A stretch of DNA of 64,000 bases from Podarcis melisellensis (GCA_964234715.1 OZ174280.1), one strand, 5' to 3'. Positions 11,897-25,822 are shown, counted from the first letter of the stretch. A program made the numbers and translations. Notes: a model not told the origin generated them from the sequence alone.

Positions 11897-12265
11897 GGGA
11901 CGCGGGTGGTGCTGTGGGTAAAACCTCAGTGCCTAGGACTTGCTGATCGTAAGGTTGGCGGTTTGAATCCCCGCGGCAGGGTGAGCTCCCGTCGTTCGGT
12001 CCCAGCTCCTGCCCACCTAGCAGTTCGAAAGCAGCCCTACGTGCAAGTTGATAAATAGGTACCGCTTTATAGCGGGAAGGTAAACGGCGTTTCCGTGTGC
12101 GGCACTGGTGTTGGCTCGCCAGAGCAGCTTCGTCACGCTGGCCACGTGACCTGGAAGTGTCTTCGGATGGCGCTGGCTCCCGGCCTCTTGAGTGAGATGA
12201 GCGCACAACCCTAGAGTCAGTCACGACTGGCCTGTACGGGCAGGGGTACCTTTACCTTTACCTTT
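11897..12265 (+). mobile_element. Sauria SINE, full length
   Basis: GGGACGCGGGTGG head, (ACCTTT)n tail; TSD TAAGGGTGTCAA/TAAGTGTGTCAA. Confidence 0.93.
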
Positions 12266-12304
12266 TAAGTGTGTCAAGATGGCATCCTTAATGGCCACAA
12301 TGAC

Positions 12305-13000
12305 AGATGCCTTTGTAACACCCCATTTGGATTACTGTAATGAGCTCTACGTGGGGCTGCCTTTGAAAAATGCTCAGAAACTTCAACGGGGTCAAAGTTC
12401 TCCAGCCAGATTTTTAACCAGGGCTGGTTATAAGGAGTAGATGACACTTGCTAAAACTGCTCCACTGACTACCATGCACAATTCAAATGCGGGTTATGAC
12501 CTATAAAGCCCTACATGTCTTACATCCAAGCTACCCAAAAGACTGTCTTTCCTCATACAAACCTGTCCATGTTTTGAAATATTCAGGGGATTCTCTTCTC
12601 TCGCTCCCACCACCTTCACAGGCACACTTGGTAGAGATGCAAGAGAGGGGCTTCTCGGTGGTGGCTTCTCCCAGTTAACTTTGGAACTCCCTCCCTAGAG
12701 AGGCTAAACTGCCGCCCTCCTTACTGTCCTTTCGCTGGCAAGCGAAGACATTCTTGTTCCAACTCTAGCATTTGATGAAAGGGCTGGTACCATGCTGTGT
12801 TTGTTGTGATTGTATGTTTTAAATATTAGATGATTGATAGATAGATAGAAAAATAGATAGATATAGATAGATGATAGATAGTTTTACTGCTATCAGTGTC
12901 CCCCCCCCCCAACATTGTTCTTTCTATGTTTTTAGTGGTTCTTGTTCTTCTCTGTAAGCACCCTAGAGTTCCTGTCAGGCAAAAAGGCGGAATAGAAATA
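12305..13000 (+). mobile_element. Old L2 LINE 3' fragment with (AGAT)n
   Basis: TTGGATTACTGTAATGAGCTCTACGTGGGGCTGCCTTTG (LDYCNxLYxGLP) is homologous to ~26880-27300 of the younger L2; degraded. Confidence 0.75.
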
Positions 13001-13822
13001 GTCTAGAACGGTAAGATACCATAGTCTCATATTTGTTGCTGCAAAAGATTGAAAAATATACTAGTTTTGTAGACCCTGCCAGTCATAATTACGCCATTTA
13101 CGATTCGGGTACTCTTGAGAGATTTCATTCTCTCGTACAGAATAAAACATCTCAAGCCAACTAAGATCAATCTTTTAGATTGCATGAAATCCAGGACTGT
13201 AGGGCTCTCATGTCCAAACAGACCATTTGCAGTGGAGAAGAAATTCATAAGTGCATAGCCATCATGCCAGACCATTATTCTCTCTCCTCGCTACCTCCCT
13301 ATGGCTCTTTTTATTGCTGATTTCTTTTATTCTGTGTAACCTAAGAATCAATCCTGAGGGTTGATGAGCCTGTTTTTGTATCTGCTTTAGAGTCTTCACC
13401 TTTTGAAAATGTTACCCTGAGACATTTTAGCCTTTAGTAGCAATTTATAATGCAATTAAATTTCTGCTCCCATTTTTTGACTATGTGCCTTTTCTTGTAT
13501 GCTGCATCTCGTATTATCCCAATTATATTTCTGTTCACAAAACATTGCATATTCTGTCTCATCAATGTACTTACTGGGTTGTTTTTGGTTTTGTTTTGTT
13601 TTTTAAAAATGTAGAACCTCTGTAAATGGTTGCGAAGGTTGCTATTTACAGTTTCAAACCCCATTGCCCCCACCCTCTACTCTATTCCCCATCGTGTTCA
13701 AGACAGTGTGTCCTCCTGGACCCTTTCCATCTCCCCTTCACTATAAATGAGGGACCCAGGCACAGTTTTCATGTGCCAGTCTTCACACACTCCCTTTTGT
13801 ATTGCCAAATGTCTCCTTGCAC

Positions 13823-14443
13823 CGTCACAACCACAGCACCAGAATAACCAGAAAAATGCTGGACTACAAGGCAGTACAAAGAATGAGCCAGCAGTAAATC
13901 ACACCATTCAAAGTTGGAGTTAACTCTTGATTAGCAAGAACACGGTCTCCACAGACTTGGCCTAAAGACCACAGCAGCTCATTCCTGGTGGGTCTTTCTC
14001 CATGAAATCAGTTGCCGAGACTGAAAGTCCACTCCTCCCCACAGTCATCTAAGTCCCCTCCCCTCCAGGGCTTTCCCCAAACAATAGGAGACTGTGCCTG
14101 TGTGTAGCCAATTTGTCCTCTGTCCTTTTCATGCCTCTCTTGGTTCTGGGGCACAAGATGGGAGATGAGCTTGTCGCAGCACATGACTCTTCACCAGCCT
14201 GACTCATCTCTGCCTCAACCTCCTTCCTCCCAGTCACCTGCTTCAGCCTCTGCATCTGATTCTGGACTTCTCTCTGCCACCGACTCTCCCAGCTCACTGA
14301 ACCCTGTTATCTCTTCCACTTCCAACACTTCCTCTTCCCAGTCTTCTCCGTCTGACCACTCATCGCTGTCCCACCACCAGTACCCTGGGCTCTGAGCCTT
14401 TTCCCCTTAGTGGTTCCCCAGCTGGTTCCTCCCACCAATAATA
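13823..14443 (-). mobile_element. Probable solo LTR (Gypsy-like) remnant
   Basis: Purine-rich minus strand resembles lizard LTR families from memory; termini only degenerate TG...CA-like; no clear TSD. Confidence 0.5.
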
Positions 14444-14948
14444 CTCTGGGGGCAACCTGGAATAACCTTAATAATTATAGAAAGCTTAAAAAGAATGAAT
14501 GGCGTAAACTTTATTCCACAATGGAATACAGGGTTCATATTTCTACCAAAAACACCAAGTATTTATGAATGCTGCCAAAATACTCATATTTAGTGGAAAT
14601 GTGCCAACCCTGAGACTGTTTTGCATGCTTTTAAAATAAAATAATCAGACATGTAAATGAAGCAGAGATTCTTTTCTCTGTTCCACAGTGAAAGGGGACA
14701 GCAATGGGGCTGTTGCTGCGTCCTTGCTGATTCCCCAAGCCCATCTGTCTGATCTATGTTTACACAAATCTACATGAGCAGAGAGCTCCATTAAAGTCAA
14801 TTAGGCAACATATTGACACAGGAAGGCTGCAGAAAGCATGCAGGAGCTCAGATCAGGTTACTCGACTGGACTTGTGCACACGCTGGGATGAAGGTTAGCT
14901 TTCCTGCTGCTGTCTCTCTTGTGACCTTGATCAAGCTGCTGAGGCTAT

Positions 14949-15030
14949 ATGGGGAAGGGTCGTAGCCCAGGGACAGAGCATCCACTTTGAAGGCAGAAGA
15001 TATCAGGTTCAATCCCTCACATCTTCTGAA
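14949..15030 (+). mobile_element. Degenerate tRNA-derived SINE head
   Basis: GGGTCGTAGCCCAGGGACAGAGCA...CAGGTTCAATCCC, i.e. A-box and B-box-like motifs. Confidence 0.55.
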
Positions 15031-16639
15031 TCCTTACCAGGGCAGAGATACTTACCTGGAGAGAGATAGTGCATCTTCAGTTATCCACGTTTAAACTTCC
15101 AGTTTAATGTGTAACATGTGGAGCTGCCTTTGAAGAGTTTTAAATTGCATTTAATTCAGAATTCAGCAACAAGAGGAAGATCCACAGTAATTCAGAGTAT
15201 TCCAGAGTTATAGTATTCCTGTCAAGATAGGCAGGCAGCCAGTATCTGTACCTTTCAGAAACAACTGAAGACATTTTTCTTTCAACAAGCTTCCCCAGGT
15301 GTTTGGCTAGGTCTCCATCATAGGGGTCTATTTTGTATTGTTTTAAAATTTACCCATTGTTTTTTTCTGTGTTGTTTCAAAACCATTTTATCTCTTTTAT
15401 TGCATTTTGTGCATCACCTTGCCTGAGACGTGTGTGTGGAAGGCAATGATAATGATAAAAATAATGCATTCTTCCCCCCTTTATATATATATATGTATAT
15501 ATAGAGAGAGAGTTTCTTCCATTATAAATACATGATATAATAGTCACAGAACAAACTTTACATGTATCACTCTTACAATGGTCTCCAAGGAAAATTAAAT
15601 CAATCACCCCTCTAAAAATCCCAGCCAAGTATCAAATAACCTACACCATGTTTTATCTTTTATACTACTTAAAAGATATCAGGTCACAATGTTTATTTTG
15701 CCTTTCTTTTCATACGTTATATGTAGATGGTGGGTCTCCCAGGCCATCAGCACCTTTATATATTGAATAAAACAATACCAAGTATTGACAAAGTTGTCTG
15801 AAACTGTTTATTTGAGTCTTTTTAAACACTGAGTGATTCCCCCAATTAAGGCTGTATACCAGACCTTTTGCATCCAATGTTCCAAAATGAAATAATTTGC
15901 AGTTTTCCAGTGTTGACCTATGGTTTGATGTGCTAGAAAGGTGATTATATTCCTTTAATTGCTATTTCCCCAGGCTTTTAACCCTTGCTGGATATTCACA
16001 CCCACACTGCCTACCATATATTTTTGAAAGTGGTTTGTCTATCAGTCTGCCTATTTTCTATGCATTCCATGCATATCATCACCCAGTTTGACATGATGGC
16101 TCCTGTTTTTGGAGGAGCCAATTTTTATCCATGTTTGGATGGGGCGAGCGCCATTTTGAATCTAGATGGCAGACCAAAGCGTTCCAGAATACACTTATTT
16201 TGATGCCTCTGAAGATATTGTCACCCCATGTGAGGCACCTGCAGCTCTCCAGGGCTGTAAGCTGGGGGGCACTGGGTGGGAAGGAGAGATATACAACCTC
16301 TGCGAAGTGTAGCCTAGGGCTGTTTGCGAAAGGGCTTTTGAACAGCCCTGTACTCCACTTTTGATTTGCATGTTCCCAGCAGAAGAACACACACATACTG
16401 AGCTGAATTGAACCCTCCCTTCACCAGATGGTGAGTCGAAAGTGCAATCTTGCTAGAGGCATGGGGCTGCTCTGCCAGTGTGTTACCTGAAGTGAACGTG
16501 CTGGGGAAGCAGACTCCAGCACACACACCCTTAAAAAAATTCTGGGAACTATAGTTTGCCCTTCACAGAACTACAATTCCCAGCAGCCTTAATCTACAGT
16601 ACCCATGTTGCTGGGGGGTGCTTTAAATAAATAGAAGAC

Positions 16640-16758
16640 ATCTGAAGGCAGCCCTGTTTAGGGAAGCTTTTAATATCTGGTGAATTATTGTATTTTAATG
16701 TTTTGTTGGAAGCTGCCCAGAGTGGCTGGGAAAGCCCGCCAGATGGGCAGGGTATGTA

Positions 16759-16802
<44 letters not shown>
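16640..16802 (+). mobile_element. L2 LINE 3' end with (TAAA)n tail
   Basis: CATCTGAAGGCAGCCCTGTTTAGGGAAG...GAAGCTGCCCAGAGTGGCTGGG matches ~27301-27386. Confidence 0.82.
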
Positions 16803-18182
16803 ATTAGTATTATTAGTAGTAGTATTAGTGGTGCCCACAATTGTCTTCACTTTGAAATATGTTTCTTTTGGAACTGCAGAGCTGCTGAGGGCAAGGGCCC
16901 TGGATCTTTGCCATTCCCAATTGATTTCCTCATGCGATAGCATCCCTTTCATATGTCTTTGGTTTAGGTTATTGATAGGCATTTCTCTTTTTTAAATGAG
17001 ATAATCATCTCCTACTCCCCTGAATCTTAGCTTGAAACTATTGAGTCCTCTTTGGTGTCATCTAGGATTCATTTACAGGGCAGTAGTATATAAGTGTGTG
17101 TGTTTTAATATCTCCATGGCGACTATTTTCACTTCTCCAGAATCAAAGCACTAGAATGAAAAGAGGCCATTGCGTCTGACATGAATGTGTCCTCCATATT
17201 CATCATCAAAACGAATCTCTCAGAGCATCTCTGGCATCCATTTTCTTTATGAGAAAGGCACTGTAATTTGCCCATCAGTTGACAAGGTTTTAGGGCAGCA
17301 CTTAACATCCCAGTTGCTCTGACAATTGGCAAAGTGTTTCATTTTTCCCAGCAGGACTAATATAAGGAGCTGTTACAGATGATGGTATAAAAAGTGTGTA
17401 GTGCCTCCATTTGCAATGTGCGTCTTCCATTGACAGCAGGGGAAAGGGAGGGGATGAAATCTCAAGAGTGCCCAAGAATAAAGAATTTATTGGCCCAACA
17501 CGTTTCAAATTAAAATTCTTCAGGGGCACTACCAATAAGAACAATGAACATCATTTATAGCGTCAGATGTCATTAATAGCCATTATAATAAAGGGAATAA
17601 AGGGAAAGCACAGAAAATATCTTGTGATAATTTTGTTTATATAAATAGCTGGGGGGGGGGGGAATAGGCTTCATAATCCTTAAGTTTTACACACACAAGA
17701 ACACACAGATAAATGTAGATAAATTTAGGTAACGTGATAAATAATGTCGAAAATGTTGCACATAGTTTATAAATGTCTTTATCTGGTATTCGCATAACCT
17801 GGTATATTTGTATGGGAGTAAAGGTGTCCCCCACCCCAAACAAAATCGAAGGGAAATAAGAGGTTAAGAAAAGGAGAAATGCCTTTGACCTCCCCTCTTC
17901 TGCCATCACAAGCCCAGCAGAAATTTATATTTAGTGATTCCTGCACCTCAGATTCCGCCTCTCCTGCCCGCCTCAGATTGCCCTGCCCATGAATCTACAT
18001 CTTATCACTATAGAATAAAAATATTGTCAATGTAACACAACCAAATGGGAAGTAACAGCGTTCACATCAGTAAATGCTACATTTTATAAATTATTTTTAT
18101 TTATTATCAAAATTTCTTGACCCCTTTTGTCACTTATAGTGGAGCTGTTTCCAGAATTAAACTATCAGTTGTTACAAAAATA

Positions 18183-18395
18183 CAGTGATACCTCAGGTTA
18201 CAGATGCTTCAGGTTACAGACTCCGCTAACCCAGAAATAGTACCTCGGGTTAAGAACTTTGCTTCAGGATGAGAACAGAAATCGTGCTGTGGCGGTGTGG
18301 ATGCCCCATTAGCTAAAGTGGTACCTCAGGTTAAGAACAGTTTCAGGTTAAGAACAGACCTCCAGAACTAATTAAGTTCTTAACCCAAGGTACCA
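18183..18395. mobile_element. Tc1/mariner-type MITE, right terminus clipped
   Basis: Close copy of 5994-6219; ends AAGGTACCA and lacks the final CTG. Confidence 0.82.
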
Positions 18396-21300
18396 AAGCA
18401 GCCAAAAAGTACTGAGAACAGACAGTGGCCTCATTGCTTGACCCCAGATGCCTGGCACATAAGAATGTTTTGACTTTGACTTGATCTATCAGGGTCTCTG
18501 ACATCTGAACTTCTGGTTTTTACTTTCCTATACTTTATTAGCCACCTTTCCAGGGGAAAACGCTGCTCACAGGAAAGTCAATAATGTATTCTTGGTCAAT
18601 CCAGCAAAGGAGATCCATGAGCAGAATCAGGTTTCTGTCCACAGGGTGTGGTCTTGCAATACTAGTCTTGGTAGTCCCATAGAACTTCTGGTGTAGAGGT
18701 GGATGTGCCTACTAATTCAGGGCCTACTAATGGTTACATGCATGCAACAGAGTTGGAATAAGGCCATGTGGTTCCCACCAGGTTACATCCTGAACATTTC
18801 TCAAAACAATTAAAGCAGAATGAATTCCATAGTGAAACAGAACATCTTTATTTCCAAGGCAAACATCAACGAACAAAATTCTCCCAAAGCAGTAAACTTC
18901 TGATGATGCTCTTTTAAAAAAAAAAAAGACTTGGTAATTTTTTCCAAAACATTAAAGAAGGTCAACTTGTTTGCATTAACATGGTCAGCCAAATTACTCA
19001 GTTAATTAAATCACTAGTCAGACCGTGGCAGCCAAAATAGATCAGGAGACATAACACTGAACTATAGAAATTATGGTTAGTATTTTGTCACCTCTTGGTA
19101 GCTTTTCTCAGCTGCACAGCCTTAATAGTTTGGAATCTATATAGCTTTGGACCTGGGTACCTTAAGGACTACTTCACTCCTACAAGAAGCTGTGGGATCA
19201 TACTCAGAGGACTTGAATATAAGGGGTCGTATTTTTCTTTACATTTCTAGTGCTATTTCACTAAAACTGGGAAACCTCTGGCTGAGAGGTGCAATGTGTC
19301 CTTTGGACTCTATTAGCAAGGCTATTCCTTGCTAATCTCCTACCAGACATTTAATTAATTAATTAAGGCAATTTATATACTGCTTCATTGCAATAGTCTC
19401 CAAGAGATGTACAACAAATTCATGCTCATCAGCAATCACCGGAACAGTCTAAAAGGACTTATATAAAGTCACCAGAGCTACAAAATCCTGGGTCACATTG
19501 CTTGTCTACACTAGATATGCTGATGCTGCAATCTGCATCCCATTAAGCCCTCCTCACGACCATCACCACAAATGCCCTGGCAAAATGTAATAAACACTTA
19601 AATGCAACAGGCTGGCAACAACCTCAAGTGGACACACCCTAAAGATTGAATGAAGGATGGCAGTTCCAAGGAAAGTGGACTAGTGTGGAAGCAATTATAT
19701 AAGCAAGAGCACATTAAAAGTTTTAATTTGTGTACACACGATCTATCCTGGACACACACCCAGAGTGCTGGCAACTTAACTGCTGGCAACTTAACAAATG
19801 AGAGCCCTGGGAAGGCTGTGCAATGAATCAGAAGGCACAAAAATGCAAAACAACACTTCTAGCAGCTGAGAGATGCACTTTATTCCGATAGAAATAGCTG
19901 AGTCATGCTAGGTGAAAAGAACACTTTGAAAAATGTGGCATTGTCTCCCAGGAATAGTCATTCTCACAAGTTTTAAAACGGAGATGGATAGGTTTATGAA
20001 GAGCATTGTATAATCAGTGTTCATCTGATGACTCAGGGTCTGCTGCAGCCGAGGACACTGGAGATGTGCTAAAGGATACCAGATGAAAGGAAGTGGTGCT
20101 AAAAAGTACTACGATAATTTGGGGGACAGCAGCTGTTATGAATTGACACAAAGATTGCTCTTTCCCCTCCGCAGTTCTAGCAGGCGTGATCTGGGTTGAA
20201 TCAACACTAACACCAGCGTCTGCGTCCCTAACCAAATCAAACAAAAGCAAAGGAGGAAAATGTCTTTCCTGCTCATGGATCACACAGCTCACTGGTTCTG
20301 CAAATTATGCATGAGGGCCTCAGAACGATGCTCTTGCCAGTTGCCAGGTGAAGCCATTTCCTGTGGGCATTTGTGAACATGCTGGACAGCTTAATATTTG
20401 CTCAATGCAGATTTTAACATTTGAAAGAACACATACACTTTTTGAAGCATCTGATTTTTATTTTTAAAAAGAAGGCTTTATAAACACATTTATTGGGGCA
20501 ACATGGAAGACAAGATGGTCTCCCTCTTGCTCACTGCTAGGGTACTTTTTCTGAGCTGTGGATCATTTTGGAAATCATACTCTCGCACTTGCTACTTATG
20601 GTCATGGCTGATGGACCCTTAGGATACACAGAAGTTAATGATCTCTCAGTGTCTTTTCCTATCCATGGACATGTGAGGGTGGTTTTGTCAGGTGGGTTGG
20701 GTTGAAGTTGCTGGACCTTGGAGAGCTCCAAGCAGATAGCTTTTTCCATTCCAGTCTGGAACACAGGGCTTATCCACACCCCCATTTGCCCCACAGCTTC
20801 CTACCCCCCCCCAGAGAAGACCACGGTTTAGCACTGAATCAGAACAAATGGCGGTCAGATTTTCCGTGGATTGCTGTTTGTTCTAATTTAGCACTAAAGA
20901 GTGGGTTTTCTGAGGGAAAGCAGCAGAGCAAAGGCAAAAAGTTCAGGACAAACACAAAACCACTCAGACCTGTGCTTTCTAGGGATGAGTCAAGTGGAAG
21001 CGTGTATGAGCCCTCAAATGAAGCTATTTATCCCTCTTTGGGCAAACTCACCCCTCCTAGGCTCCACCCCCTTTCTGAACAGTGAAGACGCTTGAAAAGG
21101 TAATCCTTTGGCTTGGAGGCTAACATTCAGTTGCCTTCAACCTTCCATGTTGGCTGCTCTGTAAAGCCTGGAACACAAACTATTAAGGTGGAGGCACTTA
21201 ACAGTATCACACACAAAAAGAGGACCAAAGAGGATGTAGATATACATGAAATGTGCATAGGCTATGCATATTTAGAAAGAATTGCCATTATTTAAATAGA

Positions 21301-21551
21301 AACACAATGCATCTCAGCACAGTGACAGTGACAGAGTGACTTTAGGTCCTTTGCTGTCCAGGTTTATGGGTACCATGTGGCCCATGCTTGATAGTTCTCT
21401 AGTTCTTTATCTTTAAACTGGACTTTGACCAAACATCCCTTCAGATATAGGGATGCCTTCAAACTGAGGTCTGTAAAATAGAACACATAGCCATGCATGC
21501 ATACAAAGTCACCCTCCAACACAAAATATTGGCAGAATGGTGAGTTCAGTC

Positions 21552-21774
21552 TTTTTTTTTCCCCAAATACATTTTTATTAACATTATATACATAACAAGC
21601 ATACAAACAGATACAAACAAATACAAAAAAAAAATTACAACAAGAAAAAAATAAAAATATACCAGCCAAACTTTTTTCCTCTCTCTAACTATACAAAGAG
21701 AGATTAATCCGGCTACTTCACAAAAAAGGAATGATCTCTTTATCCAACATTCCCAGCAAATGTTGGGATTGCTG
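21552..21774 (-). mobile_element. 5'-truncated L1-type retroposed insertion
   Basis: TSD GGTGAGTTCAGTC(TTTTT) at 21539 and 21775; poly(A) and AATAAA on the minus strand; TT/AAAAA endonuclease-type site. Confidence 0.75.
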
Positions 21775-22789
21775 GGTGAGTTCAGTCTTTTTAACACTAT
21801 TGGTTTCAGTCTGGAAACCTGTACCAGATTTTTCCATTCATCTACTTAATATAATGTCATGATGTGTGTGTGTCTTCTGAAAGCAAGTGGCTTTTCAAAG
21901 CTGCCATGTGACATTTGATAGCCTTACAAAGCCAGGAAAATATATATCCTAATCTGTACAGTCTATAGGGAGAGTCCAGCTGGCCAAGAAGAGCAGACAG
22001 ATTTCACGATAAAAGTGTGCAGTGAGGCCGTGGCTTCTTGGCTTAGATTTTTAGACAACAGTTGAGACTGGCAAATCTCCCACTTGCAAGGTGGAAGGAA
22101 CCCTAGGGGACTTCATTTGTTTTTTGTTTTGTTTTTTTAAAAAAAGATCCTTTCAGTGATATATGAAGCTTACAGCTCAGAGTTATAAAAGTCTTGTGCA
22201 ATCAAGAGATTTGGTTTCTTGCTTTCTTTTTAATTGATTAGATAATGGAAATTCTAAAATAAAATAAAAAATCAGAAGGGCTAAAAAATATATGATAAAG
22301 GGGTGATGTGAAAAGATTAGTGATGAATTAAGCAGGAGCCAAGGGGAAGTCTTGCTATAAGGCTTTGGAGTTTGGACTTCATTTTAAATAGTGTCACAAT
22401 AAAGGTATTAGGCCAAGTACATGTAATTGCAAGTAGGTGTCACTGAGTTCATTGGGACAACTTCCATGTTTCAGGCTGCATCTGTTCACAGTGGCTAGAA
22501 AACACTGGAGCACCACTTCTTAATTAAATAGCCACTTTCCTATAATAAGGGCTTATTGCTTGAATTTAAAAACTGGTGCTTATATGTTGCTTCTTGGGCA
22601 GTTCATGAAAAGCACAATGTTGAGATTTCCTTAAAACTCTCTTCAGATTTTTATACATCAGTAGCACGGAAGGTATATTTTTGGAATTAATAAATGAGAA
22701 GAAATCTAGAAGGTTAAGACAGGGCTGTCTTCCATGTGGAATATGTAACAACATATAATAGCCAGAGAGAGGGGCTTCCAAGGGTTACA

Positions 22790-22865
22790 GACAAGATTCT
22801 TTCCCAGCCTTTCCTGGAGAATTGAACCTGGGACATTCTGCATGCACTCTGCCACTGAGTTATGG
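22790..22865 (-). mobile_element. Degenerate tRNA-derived SINE head
   Basis: GAATTGAACCTGGGACATTCTGCATGCACTCTGCCACTGAGTTA is the reverse complement of a tRNA-like A/B-box head. Confidence 0.55.
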
Positions 22866-24622
22866 TTTTTGCCAATTTAATTGTTCCCCATCCCACCAAT
22901 CTGTAAGCTAACATAACACACCAGCTACAAATATACAAATGTATTAAGTCAACCCTTTTAATATTTATATATGTGTTGCTTCCTTACTTGCAGAGCTCGC
23001 AAGCTTACACAGTATTGAACATATTCACAAGTTCAAGTTAAGAGATAAAAAGGTACAGACTCACTTATGAAAAGCATTCATAGTAACTTAATTTTTTTTT
23101 TAAAAAAAATAATTCACATGCCATGGAGGCTAGCACTCTTTTCTGCTGACTGCCCTTTATGCGAGATATGACTTCACCCAGCACAGATTTAAACATATAT
23201 TACATGGAGGCTTGGAAATGTTACTGGTTAAAACATTTTCAGAATCTTTCAGCGCACGTCCCATGTGTAAACATGCTATTATGGAACTTGCACATGTAAA
23301 AAGCTCACTACTCCAAAAGGTGGAAAATTTACTCTTTTATACCATCTCTTGGTGGTGTCTGTGTCAGCATTCGCTCTTATCCCCTCTATAAACTACAGAG
23401 CTGTTTCAAAGAGCAGCTGTTTCTTTGAAACGCAGTAATATTAGCAGGAACATAATCCATATGTTGGCCAGACAAAGGCAATGAAAGAAACTGCATGCCC
23501 TTGAGAAATAAAACAATGTATGAAAATTCCCAGGTGCTGCTTCTCAAAGGTAGACCTTCTCAAGAGTCGCAAATGTCTCAGCTGCCCCCATTCAAACAGG
23601 TAGCTCAAACATACAACCATCCTGGACAGTTTGCTGGAGTTGCACATTAAAAGAAGTGTCCGTCATTCTAGAATGAGCCAACTCCTAGGGCAGTGCCTAT
23701 TAGCTTGCCTACTAGTACTGAGCTTTTCCTTTTTTATGTTAATCATCACTGGGTTTCTTCCCATCAAAAGGGACACTGGAGAGATTTATGGGCAAAGTTA
23801 AACATTAGGATGCATTTGTGTTAAATTTCACATATGGAATCTTGCATCTGGCTCGTGATGTTTTAAAGCTATTTCAACAAAAAATGAAAAAAGGTTGTTT
23901 TCCCCTGGATCACACGCCTTGCGATTTATGAAATTGCAACTGTACTCTTGTTCTGCTCTATCCATCTTGCAATGATCTCCATATATCAGGGGGAGGGAAA
24001 GCTTTACAGAGTACCCAAAAACAAATATTACCTTCCACTGAAGCACCAACGATTGAATATTGTTCAACTGTGGCAACAGTCTCTGCAGAGCATATCATGC
24101 TGTAAATCAATGAGTTATCGTTGCTGTTAAGATTTAAGAGGAAAGGGCCAAAGAGGCAGCTTGGATATCAAAATCTATTTTTCCATGACCCAGGGAGAGA
24201 AGGCTTTCACTCAGCATGCTTCTGTTTGGAAGCAGCTGGTAAAGAAAACACTTGCTGGAAGGGTGGTTGGGCAGGCAGGCGTGGTGTGTGTGTGTGCTTC
24301 TCTCCCTCCCTTAACAGATCATAAAAAGGCAGACTTCTCAAAAAATGTCTCCAGCCCTTGGGGTATGTGGAGTGCAAACTTGGATAAGAGTTGCAGTGAG
24401 GGGAATGGGAAATTCCCAGAGAAAATTCTATGTTTTTAAGTAAAAATGTCTTAGTAAAATAGTAATCTGGGCTGCTGTGTGATCAGCTACTGTAGATTAC
24501 ACAGACCTTGCACCTAATCACTTCACATTGCCTCAAACAGTGGCCTGTTTTTCTTCCTTCTGCCAGATCAACAGTGGCCTGCTCATGCGTTAAGCTACAA
24601 GTGAGCAAGGGTCATGCAATTT

Positions 24623-24748
24623 CCAGAAGAGTAGCCATGTTTGTCCTTTGCAGCTTAAAAAACAAAAATATTGTGGCACCTTAAAGACAAACAAATTTAT
24701 TATGACATAAGGTTTGACGGGCTCAAGTGCACCTCATCAGATCCATAA
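24623..24748 (-). mobile_element. Degenerate Penelope-like element end
   Basis: Minus strand reads CTGATGAG...CTTATGTCATAATAAATTTGTTTGTCTTTAAGGTGCCACA, related to 1688-1820. Confidence 0.65.
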
Positions 24749-25647
24749 AAGGCTGATCAACTGAGTGATGAGGAATTAAATGGTGTCCATGCATGTCCAA
24801 ACCCATTTAAATATTTTTTAAAAATCAATTCTTCTAACAGGAACAACAAAGCTTGAGAACACAAGGATGATATGTGTTGAGACATCTCAGGTACCTAAGC
24901 AGGGCTCCCACAGCCACAGGCTGGCATTTGCCTGTCTCCCACTGCTGTTTTACCAAGACCCGTGCTCCTATTGCCCTTTGCTCTCCCAGTCCCACAATCA
25001 AAATGTTTGAAAACCACTTGGAAGCAGAAGGGAGGAATTTCTGATTGTTTGGCTCAAAGTTTGGAGTGTGTGTTTGTGTTTGTGTGCAAAGTGCATACAG
25101 CCCTGCTAATAACAAATGGAAGATAGCCACTAATTAACTCAGTCTCCCAAACAAAACCCAAATATGTTCTATCCCCTCTGACACTTTATTTTATTTTATT
25201 TTTTCCACTAACAAAGGAATACAAACACCCAAGAGTGCTCCTATTTTCAGTTCAGGGTAGGCCTGTCCTGAAACCTGCTTCTCCTAACACGTGCACAAGT
25301 CGTCACTTGAATCTGCAGTGCATGCCAAGTGTTGGCCCTGCCTTATTCCATGTGGTGGACCCTCATTCTGTGGTGGCTGGTGGAATAGAGAAGCAAGTGG
25401 GCTAATAACAAAATACTGGCTGAATTCATGATGCAATAATGGTGCAACGATGCTTGGAATTATGCACTAGCCGAGAAGCCCAGCAAGCAAGTTCGAGCAC
25501 TGAGATGGCCACACTATGGGGGTGATTTTGTGGGCCAACGGTGTGGATTTAGTTAATGGGTGAACAGACATATGAGGCTGTGATATCTCCCTCCATACAT
25601 ACACTGTGGCAATGACCTGTTGGGGTGAAGAAGAAAAAAGCTTTAAA

Positions 25648-25822
25648 CAGTCGTACATTGGATCCCGAACACCTTGTGAGTTGAACGTTTTGGCTCCCGA
25701 ATGCCGCAAACCTGGAAGTGAGTGTTCCAGTTTGCGAATGTTCTTTGGAACCCAAACATCCGACGCGGCTTCCAATTGGCTGCAGGAGCTTTCAGCAGCC
25801 AATCAGAAGCTGCATCTTGGAC
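25648..25822. mobile_element. Truncated Tc1/mariner-type MITE (left part only)
   Basis: Left TIR CAGTCGTACATTGG and internal palindrome ATTGGCTGCAGG...CAGCCAAT, as in the 34816 copy; right end absent. Confidence 0.8.

Noticed and set aside
14049-14395. Glu-rich and Ser-rich ORFs
   Set aside because: They reflect purine/pyrimidine strand bias of the probable LTR remnant.
19766-19795. 15-bp direct repeat TGCTGGCAACTTAAC x2 (also a 12-bp pair near 60347)
   Set aside because: Simple slippage duplications; no spacer or array structure, so not CRISPR-like.
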